Shown here one piece after another: positions 1 through 7,428 of a stretch of 11,923 nucleotides of DNA. The notes below the pieces were generated by a model, which saw only the letters and a list, made by a program, of their open reading frames with translations, was not told the origin of the DNA and searched no databases. This DNA is from Gammaproteobacteria bacterium (GTDB lineage: Bacteria > Pseudomonadota > Gammaproteobacteria > GCA-002705445 > GCA-002716945): contig JBJKYD010000006.1 of assembly GCA_045561295.1 (NCBI GenBank), positions 1 through 11,923 of the forward strand, given 5' to 3'. How positions within the stretch are numbered: position 1 is the stretch's first letter; each line of letters begins with the position of its first letter. Made by a program: the position numbers and the translations under genes.

Positions 1-299
1 GCAATAATATTTTTAATGCCTTTAATTCTCTCAACTGATTGCTGCACACCGTGAGCAGATATTTCATAGCTTAAATCTAAATTAGTCTGTGCATCTGGAT
101 AAGCTTCTTTAATCTTTTTATCCATATTTTCATGAAATGCTTGCATGATGCCCTCAGCAGGCCAGCCTAGTACACATTTCACATAAACGTTGTTTCCCTC
201 AACTTTAACTTCTTTGATAGCATTTCCGCTGACTAAATCTGTACCCATGTATGGACACTGATAATCCTTTAATAATGCTTCTATGTTCTCTTTATTCAT
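1..299 (-). CDS. apbC: Mrp/ApbC Fe-S cluster carrier ATPase, N-terminal part (runs off the left edge)
   Basis: Not in the ORF track. Manual translation from ATG at 299 gives MNKENIEALLKDYQCPYMGTDLVSGNAIKEVKVEGNNVYVKCVLGWPAEG...HGVQQSVERIKGIKNIIA. It ends in the GIKNIIA segment that precedes the Mrp P-loop. It is divergent from metG, as in many gammaproteobacteria, and has a purine-rich AAGGACTAAGGGA just upstream. Confidence 0.9.
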   Translation of the reverse strand, partial: MNKENIEALLKDYQCPYMGTDLVSGNAIKEVKVEGNNVYVKCVLGWPAEGIMQAFHENMDKKIKEAYPDAQTNLDLSYEISAHGVQQSVERIKGIKNII

Positions 300-355
300 T
301 CCCTTAGTCCTTTTTATGGTTTTAATATACAATACTCATTATGTATCGAGGCCTT

Positions 356-361
356 ATTATA
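356..361 (-). promoter_or_regulatory. Candidate -10 element (TATAAT) for apbC
   Basis: Perfect TATAAT on the minus strand about 57 nt upstream of the apbC start. No convincing -35 is present and the background is AT-rich. Confidence 0.35.
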
Positions 362-402
362 ACCTCATACTGATTAATTTATAGGCATATTATCAAATTT
401 CA

Positions 403-2382
403 ATGAGAAGAATAATAGTTACAAGTGCACTGCCTTATGCTAATGGTTCTATCCATTTAGGCCACCTTGTTGAATACTTACAAACAGATATCTGGGTCAG
501 AAGTCAGAAGATGGCAGGTAATGATTGTGTCTATATCTGTGCCGATGATTCTCATGGAACACCTATCATGCTCAAAGCAAAAGAACTTGGTGTTACACCT
601 GAGGAATTGATTAAAAATACTTACAATGAACACGTGAAAGATTTTAAAGACTTTCAAATTGAATTTGATAACTTTCATACCACTCACTCCGATGAAAATA
701 GAGAAATATCTGAAAGAATTTATCTAGCACTTAAAGATAAAGGTGATATTGCAAGCAAAGAGATTGAACAGTTCTATGATGATGAAGCAAAAATGTTTCT
801 ACCAGATAGATTCATTAAAGGTGAATGTCCTAAATGTGGCGCTAAAGATCAATATGGAGATTCTTGTGAAGAGTGTGGCGCGACATACTCATCTTCTGAA
901 ATTAAAAATCCAATCTCAACGGTCACAAATACCAAACCAATAACCAAAAATACAGAACATGTCTTTTTTAAATTAAGTTCTTATGAAAAGTTTTTAAAAA
1001 AATGGATGGATGATAATGACATTCAAAAAGAAATAAAAAATAAATTAAGCGAATGGCTATCAGGTGGCTTAGTCGATTGGGACATTACTCGTGATAAGCC
1101 TTATTTTGGATTTGAGATACCTGGATTGAAAGATAAATTCTTTTATGTTTGGTTGGATGCGCCTATTGGATATATTGCATCTCATAAAAATTATTGTGAT
1201 AAAAATAATCAAAACTACTTAGATGATTGGACAGAAGGTTCTAAAACAGAACTGTATCATTTCATCGGAAAAGATATCGCCTACTTCCATGGTTTATTTT
1301 GGCCTGCAATGTTAGAGGGTGCAGGTTTTAGAAAACCAGATGGAGTTTTTTGTCATGGGTTTTTAACAATCGATGGTGAGAAGATGTCAAAATCTCGAGG
1401 AACTTTTTTTAATGCGCGTACTTATCTTAATCACTTGCAACCAGATTATCTAAGATATTATTTTTCGAGTCGTCTTACTAATAAGATAGAAGACATTGAT
1501 TTGAATTTTGATGACTTCATGGCACGTGTTAATTCTGATCTCGTTGGGAAGATTATTAACATAGGAAGCCGCTGCGCAAAATTTATTAATAAAGATTTTA
1601 ATGATCAATTATCTGATGAAATTGGTAATGATAGTTTGCTTAAATCTGTATCTACTAAAAAAAATGAGATTGTAGATAATTATGAAGCAAGAAATTATGC
1701 CGCTAATATGAGAATTATTTCGTCATTAAGTGATGAGGTAAATAAATACCTTGATGAAGAAAAGCCTTGGATTAAAGTAAAAGATGAATCAACTAAAGCC
1801 TCTGTTCAAACTATTTGTTCTGATGGAATCAATGCATTTAGAATGATTATGGGTTATTTGAAACCTGTATTGCCTGAGATTGCCGTTAAAGTAGAAAATA
1901 TTCTAAATTGTGAATCAATTTCCTGGAGCAATATAGATAATTGCTTAAAAAAACATAAAATTAATGCATTTGAGCCATTAATAACTAGAATTAATAAAGA
2001 GAGTATTGAAAAAATGAAAGATGAGAATATGAAAGAAGAAGTAGTAGCAGAAGATACAGATAAAATCACTATTGATGATTTTATCAAAGTTGATTTACGT
2101 GTAGCCAAAGTTATTAATGCTAAAGAGCTAGAGGATTCTAGAAAACTTCTAGAACTAGAGGTGGATTTGGGTGATGAAACTAGAACAATTTTTGCAGGAA
2201 TTAAAAAATCATATACTCCAGAACAGTTAATAGGGAAATTAGTTGTAGTCATCGCTAACCTTAAGCCTAGAAAAATGAAATTTGGTGTATCCAATGGAAT
2301 GGTACTTGCCACACAACACGATGGTGACATTATTATTCTTCAACCAGAAAAGGATGTTGCTCCTGGCTCTAAAATCTCATAA
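403..2382 (+). CDS. metG: Methionine--tRNA ligase
   Basis: TSALPYANG..HLGH (HIGH) motif, KMSKS motif, CPKC/CEEC zinc knuckle, YVWLDAPIGY, and a C-terminal OB-fold tRNA-binding domain (IDDFIKVDLRVA...NLKPRKMKFGVSNGM). Confidence 0.98.
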   Translation: MRRIIVTSALPYANGSIHLGHLVEYLQTDIWVRSQKMAGNDCVYICADDSHGTPIMLKAKELGVTPEELIKNTYNEHVKDFKDFQIEFDNFHTTHSDENREISERIYLALKDKGDIASKEIEQFYDDEAKMFLPDRFIKGECPKCGAKDQYGDSCEECGATYSSSEIKNPISTVTNTKPITKNTEHVFFKLSSYEKFLKKWMDDNDIQKEIKNKLSEWLSGGLVDWDITRDKPYFGFEIPGLKDKFFYVWLDAPIGYIASHKNYCDKNNQNYLDDWTEGSKTELYHFIGKDIAYFHGLFWPAMLEGAGFRKPDGVFCHGFLTIDGEKMSKSRGTFFNARTYLNHLQPDYLRYYFSSRLTNKIEDIDLNFDDFMARVNSDLVGKIINIGSRCAKFINKDFNDQLSDEIGNDSLLKSVSTKKNEIVDNYEARNYAANMRIISSLSDEVNKYLDEEKPWIKVKDESTKASVQTICSDGINAFRMIMGYLKPVLPEIAVKVENILNCESISWSNIDNCLKKHKINAFEPLITRINKESIEKMKDENMKEEVVAEDTDKITIDDFIKVDLRVAKVINAKELEDSRKLLELEVDLGDETRTIFAGIKKSYTPEQLIGKLVVVIANLKPRKMKFGVSNGMVLATQHDGDIIILQPEKDVAPGSKIS

Positions 2383-2991
2383 ATGAATGATAAGAGTTTA
2401 GTCGATCAAATCATTGAAGTATTGCCTCAGCTGCAATGTAAAAAATGTGAATATCCTGATTGCAGAAGCTATGCTCAATCTCTAATAGAGAAAAAAGAAA
2501 AAACAAATAAATGTGAACCTGGAGGTTTAAAAACAGAAAATCATATCCAGGCAATACTGGCCGGTAAAACTCATCGGTCAACTCAACAAATAAAAAACTA
2601 CGAAGTTGCAGATATTGTTCGAGAAGAATGTATAGGTTGTACAATTTGTATCAAAGTATGTCCAGTAGATGCAATTGTCGGTGCAAGACATATGATTCAT
2701 AAAGTACTCGAGCATCAATGCAATGGGTGTGAGCTTTGTATAGAAGAGTGCCCTGTTAACTGCATGTCTATGATTACACCACAAGAGCAAAATACATGGA
2801 CTTGGCCATCTAAACAATCTGAAGACTCAAAGGAAAAATATTATCAAAGATTAGATAGATTGGATCGTATTAAAAAAGATAAAGAACTAAATCGGCAAAA
2901 GGTTTTAGAAGATAGAGACATGGATGATTATATTCAATATGCGTTAGATACCGAATCTAAAAAACATGCAAAAATTAAAAAGTATGAATAA
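2383..2991 (+). CDS. rnfB: RnfB/RsxB-like polyferredoxin lacking the N-terminal membrane anchor
   Basis: LPQLQCKKCEYPDC...NKCEPGG FeS domain plus two ferredoxin motifs, CIGCTICIKVCP and CNGCELCIEECP. It has a charged C-terminal tail and sits between metG and nth. Confidence 0.85.
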   Translation: MNDKSLVDQIIEVLPQLQCKKCEYPDCRSYAQSLIEKKEKTNKCEPGGLKTENHIQAILAGKTHRSTQQIKNYEVADIVREECIGCTICIKVCPVDAIVGARHMIHKVLEHQCNGCELCIEECPVNCMSMITPQEQNTWTWPSKQSEDSKEKYYQRLDRLDRIKKDKELNRQKVLEDRDMDDYIQYALDTESKKHAKIKKYE

Positions 2992-3622
2992 AGATAAAAT
3001 TGTCAAAGTTTTTAAAATACTAAGAGATGCTGATCCTGAACCTGTCACAGAGCTTACCTTTAAAAGCCATTTTCAATTATTGATAGCTGTAATACTCTCA
3101 GCACAAGCAACAGATAAAAGTGTCAATGCCGCAACCTCAAAACTTTTCAAAGATGCTCCCTCACCTGAAAAAATATTCAAACTAGGAGTTAGAAAACTAA
3201 AGTCTTATATTAAGACAATAGGTTTATATAATGCTAAGGCTGGAAATGTGATCGCGACATCAGAAATTATATGGAAACAATATAAAAATAAAATACCCCA
3301 AACCAGAGAAGAACTCATGAAATTGCCTGGCGTTGGAAGAAAGACAGCAAATGTTGTTTTAAATAATGCTTTCGGACAACACACCATCGGGGTTGATACT
3401 CATGTCTTTAGAGTTTCTAATCGATTAGGGCTTGCGCCAGGGAAGACAGTTGAGATTGTTGAGAAAAAATTAATTAAAAATATACCTGATGAATTTAAAA
3501 TGCATGCTCATCATTGGTTAATTATTCTTGGAAGATATACATGTATCGCAAGGAAACCAAAATGTTTCGAATGTAAAATAGAAGAGTTTTGTCCTTACAA
3601 ACCTAAAACTGTCAGTGGCTAA
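2984..3622 (+). CDS. nth: Endonuclease III (HhH-GPD DNA glycosylase/AP lyase with 4Fe-4S cluster)
   Basis: LLIAVILSAQATDKSVN, HhH motif LPGVGRKTANVVL, VDTHVFRV, and C-terminal CIARKPKCFECKIEEFC. Start moved to ATG 2984 (MNKDK, like E. coli MNKAK), which overlaps the rnfB stop. Confidence 0.96.
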   Translation: MNKDKIVKVFKILRDADPEPVTELTFKSHFQLLIAVILSAQATDKSVNAATSKLFKDAPSPEKIFKLGVRKLKSYIKTIGLYNAKAGNVIATSEIIWKQYKNKIPQTREELMKLPGVGRKTANVVLNNAFGQHTIGVDTHVFRVSNRLGLAPGKTVEIVEKKLIKNIPDEFKMHAHHWLIILGRYTCIARKPKCFECKIEEFCPYKPKTVSG

Positions 3623-3630
3623 AAATTGAA

Positions 3631-3996
3631 TTAAGATTTATCCTTGATGCTTTTCCAAATTTCAATCATTTCATCAGGTTCAGCATATTCAATATTTCTT
3701 TTTTTCATTTCACTGATGATTTTATTAAGTCTATTTTTAAATTTAAAGTTAGCAGACTCATTTAAATCACTCATATCAATTTTAAGGTGTCTAGATAGAG
3801 AAATGAGAGAGAAGAAAAGGTCCCCAAGTTCCTCAATGATATGCTCTCTATCTTTACTTTCTATTGCTTCATCAAGCTCATCGGTCTCTTCTCGGATTTT
3901 GTCGATAATTTTATCAAGTTCAATCCAATCAAGCCCTATTGCTTTTGCTTCAAGTTGAAGATTTATCGATTCTTCAATAAGATTTTTTGACTTCAT
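3631..3996 (-). CDS. Single-domain MazG-family nucleoside triphosphate pyrophosphohydrolase
   Basis: GLDW...DKIREETDEL...EELGDLFF..SRHLKID...ANFKFKNR...W resembles the C-terminal domain of tandem-domain MazG. Start ATG 3996 is preferred because TATAAT lies 7 nt upstream. The ORF-track start is 4005. Confidence 0.85.
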   Translation of the reverse strand: MKSKNLIEESINLQLEAKAIGLDWIELDKIIDKIREETDELDEAIESKDREHIIEELGDLFFSLISLSRHLKIDMSDLNESANFKFKNRLNKIISEMKKRNIEYAEPDEMIEIWKSIKDKS

Positions 3997-4024
3997 CTGA
4001 GGCATTATATAGTAATATAGCCAA
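3997..4024. promoter_or_regulatory. Compact divergent promoter region between the mazG-like gene and amgK
   Basis: Minus-strand TATAAT (4009-4004) lies 7 nt before ATG 3996. Plus-strand TAATAT (4013-4018) lies 6 nt before ATG 4025. Neither gene has a Shine-Dalgarno sequence. Confidence 0.55.
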
Positions 4025-5002
4025 ATGAGTAGTACACGAGAACAAGAGCTTACCGCATGGCTCAGTGATAAAGGATATGACAGTTCATCGCTTTCTGTCT
4101 TATCAGCTGATGCAAGTTTCAGACAATACTACCGAGTAAATAAAAATGATATCTCTTATGCAGTAATGGATTGTCCACCTGAAGATGAAAGTTTAGATTC
4201 ATTTTTAAAAATCACAGAAAAATTACAAGATGCAAAACTTAATGTCCCTGAGATATTTGATTGCGATTCAACCAAAGGTTTTTTAGTTATCACTGATTTA
4301 GGAAATGATTTGTATTCTAAAAAATTAAATGATGAAACTGTCTATTGCTTATACACAGATGCATTAGAGGCGATTGTAAAAATGCAAACTAAAGTTGATT
4401 GTGCTGGCTTACAAGATTTTGATAGTTTTTACGAAGAAGAAAATAATTTATATATAGACTGGTTTCTAAAAAAGCATCTTAATATAGAATTAGACAATGC
4501 TGCATCCGAGCAGATAAAGACTGAATTTAAAAAAATAAATAACATTTTAAAGTCCATTCCGAAAACATTTGTGCATAGAGATTTTCATTCTAGAAATCTT
4601 CTTATAACTGATCTTAATAATCCTGGTATTATTGATTATCAAGATGCTGTGATAGGACCTGTAACTTATGACTTGGTATCTCTTCTTAAAGATTGTTATG
4701 TTACTTGGAACGATGGTCTAGTTGAAGATATGCTTGAGAGCTTTTTCAATAGAATGAAGTCCGACACCATAAATAATATTTCAGACTTTAGATATTGGTT
4801 TGAGATCACAGGATTGCAACGTCATATTAAGGCTATTGGGATATTTTCTAGACTCAACTACCGTGATGGTAAATCTGGTTATCTCCATGACATACCAAGG
4901 ACTTATGCGTACATGGATAAAGTTTTAAATAAATACAAAGAACTTTCCACACTCAATGAAATTTTTAGTAACCTAGAAATAAGTAATAAAATATCACAAT
5001 GA
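4025..5002 (+). CDS. amgK: N-acetylmuramate/N-acetylglucosamine kinase (APH-like fold), peptidoglycan recycling
   Basis: DASFRQYYR, VHRDFHSRNLL, IIDYQDAVIGPVTYDLVSLLKD and QRHIKAIGIFSRLNYRDGK motifs. ATGA overlap with the downstream nucleotidyltransferase. Confidence 0.9.
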   Translation: MSSTREQELTAWLSDKGYDSSSLSVLSADASFRQYYRVNKNDISYAVMDCPPEDESLDSFLKITEKLQDAKLNVPEIFDCDSTKGFLVITDLGNDLYSKKLNDETVYCLYTDALEAIVKMQTKVDCAGLQDFDSFYEEENNLYIDWFLKKHLNIELDNAASEQIKTEFKKINNILKSIPKTFVHRDFHSRNLLITDLNNPGIIDYQDAVIGPVTYDLVSLLKDCYVTWNDGLVEDMLESFFNRMKSDTINNISDFRYWFEITGLQRHIKAIGIFSRLNYRDGKSGYLHDIPRTYAYMDKVLNKYKELSTLNEIFSNLEISNKISQ

Positions 5003-5628
5003 AAGCAATAATTTTATCATCTGGGAAAGGCACAAGAATGATGCCTTTAACAAAAGATATGCCTAAGCCAATGCTTGAAATAAATGGAGAGACCCTTATA
5101 GCACATAAGATTAACCTACTAGAGGATGCATCCATAAATGAAATTTTTATAAATGTAGCTTATAAAAAAGATGTCATTATAAATTACATAAAAAGCTTGA
5201 ATAAAAATATTCATCTCATTGATGAAGGAGATGAGCCTTTGGGTACTGCAGCGGGTATTAGAAATATAGTTTCCCAACTAAAAGATGAGAGTTTTATTGT
5301 CATTAATAGTGATGTTTGGACAGATTATCGTTTAGATCAACTGAAGGAGTTGGATCTTAATGATAATTTGGCTCATATCATATTAATTGAAACACCTGAC
5401 TATCTAGCAGGGGATTTTGATATCAGTGATGATACTATAACTGTGGGCAAAAAATACGTCTTCTCAGGAATAGGAAAATATCATACTGAACTTTTTAAAA
5501 AATATAATGATAAGGATTTAGGAGATATTTTAAGAGCTGAAGAAAAAATAAGTTTTAGTATTTATGAGGGGCAATGGATGGATATAGGAACACCAGAACG
5601 CCTAAAGCAAATCAAAGAACTAATATAG
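4999..5628 (+). CDS. murU: N-acetylmuramate alpha-1-phosphate uridylyltransferase
   Basis: MKAIILSSGKGTRMMPLT...PKPML, EPLGTAAGI, VINSDVWTD, FSGIG and WMDIGTPERL motifs. Short NTP-transferase coupled to amgK. Confidence 0.88.
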   Translation: MKAIILSSGKGTRMMPLTKDMPKPMLEINGETLIAHKINLLEDASINEIFINVAYKKDVIINYIKSLNKNIHLIDEGDEPLGTAAGIRNIVSQLKDESFIVINSDVWTDYRLDQLKELDLNDNLAHIILIETPDYLAGDFDISDDTITVGKKYVFSGIGKYHTELFKKYNDKDLGDILRAEEKISFSIYEGQWMDIGTPERLKQIKELI

Positions 5629-6517
5629 ATCCCCAAGCGATTAGAAAAATACCCACTACTCTTCTGTAAGCTAACGGGTAGTTATAAGAGAGTTTTTCAA
5701 ATAAGACAAATATAGTTAGCACGATTACCCATAAAATATTCATCACACCTAAAGCAAATAGTGTAAGCATTAATGCCCAGCAACATCCAACACAATAAAA
5801 TCCATGCTTATATCCAATTATAAATGCGCCAAGCTTTCCATCTTGCCAGTTATTGGTTAAAAAACTTAAAGGCGACTGACAAACATTTAAACAAGCATCT
5901 TTATAAGGTGTAAATTGATATATACCTGCCATGATTAGAACAAATGCAGCAAGATACATACTCATAGGCTCCATCATCATATTAAGTAGTCCATTGGTAT
6001 GTAAAAAATATTGAGGTAAAGTGATGAATAAACTAAAAAGCACCCAGCTTGACAGATAACCTGAAAGCAACACCATTGGAGATATAGACTCTTGCCCTTG
6101 CATTTTTTTTCTAGAATTGAGTGTCGTATATAACATCAACATAGGGAGTATGGAAGGGGTCATCATGGCCACCATCATTACAGTCCACATCATAAATAAT
6201 AAAAAGAAATCACTAAATACCCACATGTTACCCATTGGGGGCATCCAAGTTAAAACGTCAGTGATGATACTTGACTCTTTATTCATATTCATGGATTTAT
6301 CCATATCCATTGAACCTTGCATGCCATCTTTTTTCATGTTCATGGAGTCATCTGACATATCCATGCTCATCGTTGATGGATTATCAATGAATGGAAGTGT
6401 ATTCATATGCCAACCCATACCAAGAATATAGAGCCATGAGAATAATAAAACTATGGCCACGCCTATGTAGACAATCATTCTATCTTTAAGTGGAGCTTGT
6501 AATGGATTGTTGTTCAT
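5612..6517 (-). CDS. DUF2182-family predicted metal-binding integral membrane protein with a Met-rich loop
   Basis: MMWTVMMVAMMTPS, AGIYQFTPYKDACLNVCQSP and GFYCVGCCWALM...GVMN motifs, with multiple hydrophobic helices. GGGA SD upstream. Adjacent to a DUF1326 gene, its usual partner. Confidence 0.88.
   Translation of the reverse strand: MNNNPLQAPLKDRMIVYIGVAIVLLFSWLYILGMGWHMNTLPFIDNPSTMSMDMSDDSMNMKKDGMQGSMDMDKSMNMNKESSIITDVLTWMPPMGNMWVFSDFFLLFMMWTVMMVAMMTPSILPMLMLYTTLNSRKKMQGQESISPMVLLSGYLSSWVLFSLFITLPQYFLHTNGLLNMMMEPMSMYLAAFVLIMAGIYQFTPYKDACLNVCQSPLSFLTNNWQDGKLGAFIIGYKHGFYCVGCCWALMLTLFALGVMNILWVIVLTIFVLFEKLSYNYPLAYRRVVGIFLIAWGSILVL
6284..6370 (-). repeat. Intragenic imperfect duplication encoding the Met-rich segment
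   Basis: SMDMSDDSMNMKKD versus SMDMDKSMNMNKE. At DNA level, atggatatg...tccatgaa(c/t)atgaa(a/t)aaaga occurs twice. Confidence 0.7.
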
Positions 6518-6527
6518 AAGTTTCCCA

Positions 6528-6562
6528 TAAAAGTATGGCCTGCATTATTTATACAGGCCATA
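6528..6562 (-). terminator. Intergenic stem-loop (terminator-like or mRNA-stabilising) between DUF1326 and DUF2182
   Basis: TATGGCCTG (6534-6542) and CAGGCCATA (6554-6562) form a perfect inverted repeat. It extends to 12 bp on the minus-strand RNA with one G-U pair and is followed by CUUUUA. Confidence 0.7.
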
Positions 6563-6579
6563 TTAAAAAAAGTCTGAAA

Positions 6580-7371
6580 CTATACTTCTATAGCTTGTTG
6601 TTTGTTCGCACCATCTCTATAAACAAAAGGTGAGCTCAAACCATTGCCGCCTTTCCATGAATGGCTAATGCCATGATCATTATAAACAAGCTCAGAAGCT
6701 TTACTTACAGTGATTGGAAATGGTGGTGCAACTGCTAGAGGTGTATCATGGACAACAACAGGACGTCCATTTGCGCCAGCTAGTTGTTCCATTTTATTCT
6801 CAGCAATTCCTCCTACAACAACACGTCTCATTGGAGGATTTACAATGTATGTAATTTTTGCTCTTTTAGTTGGTAAAAACTCACGAGGAGCTCCCGCTTT
6901 ACCTTTACCTAAACTAGCAATGACTCCCAAGTGTCCGCCATGAACACCATGATAAGCCTCTCTCAATGCATTGAATTGTTCATTAGTGGCTCTATTATCG
7001 ATATATACAGCCATTTCGAACTGACCTTTAAGAAGATTGTCTGGTGCATTTAACCACATAGATACATTCATACCGCTCACATCAACGTTTCCGATGTGAC
7101 CTTTTTCAATATTCCATGTTAAAAATGCTTTGCAATATCCTTTGGTTGGATCCAAAAGAAGAAGACATGGACAAATAGTGTCACATGTACATGATTCAAA
7201 ATATGTACCTTGGATGTACATTTCATTATCAGCTTTAGCGGCATTAGCATCATCTGATCCAAACATAGATCCGATAATAGGTGTAGCTGCAGCTACAGTT
7301 CCTAAGCCTTTAAGAAAACTTCTTTTAGAATCTGAGAGTTTTTTATTCTCTTTTTTCATATTCTTTTCCAT
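6580..7371 (-). CDS. DUF1326-family Cys-rich protein with a putative Tat signal peptide
   Basis: GTYFESCTCDTICPC...PTKGYC, W-x-IEKGH.G.VDVSG and AVYIDNRATNEQ..AL motifs of DUF1326. N-terminal SKRSFLKG is followed by a hydrophobic region and ANA/AKA. The true start may be ATG 7359, which has GGA 7 nt upstream. Confidence 0.85.
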   Translation of the reverse strand: MEKNMKKENKKLSDSKRSFLKGLGTVAAATPIIGSMFGSDDANAAKADNEMYIQGTYFESCTCDTICPCLLLLDPTKGYCKAFLTWNIEKGHIGNVDVSGMNVSMWLNAPDNLLKGQFEMAVYIDNRATNEQFNALREAYHGVHGGHLGVIASLGKGKAGAPREFLPTKRAKITYIVNPPMRRVVVGGIAENKMEQLAGANGRPVVVHDTPLAVAPPFPITVSKASELVYNDHGISHSWKGGNGLSSPFVYRDGANKQQAIEV

Positions 7372-7385
7372 TTAATTAAATAGTT

Positions 7386-7415
7386 GTACTATATTAGTAG
7401 ATTCTAATAGTGTAC
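7386..7415. promoter_or_regulatory. Imperfect palindrome (candidate operator or 5'-UTR hairpin) upstream of DUF1326
   Basis: GTACTATATTAG-tagatt-CTAATAGTGTAC, with 10 of 12 arm positions complementary. Confidence 0.45.
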
Positions 7416-7428
7416 TACCCCACTAACT

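Noticed and set aside
2966-2983. Longer nth start (MQKLKS...)
   Set aside because: ATG 2984 matches the usual Nth N-terminus and gives a typical short overlap with the upstream stop.
4025-5002. Aminoglycoside phosphotransferase resistance gene
   Set aside because: The APH-like fold is shared, but the specific motifs and coupling to a MurU-like gene indicate AmgK.
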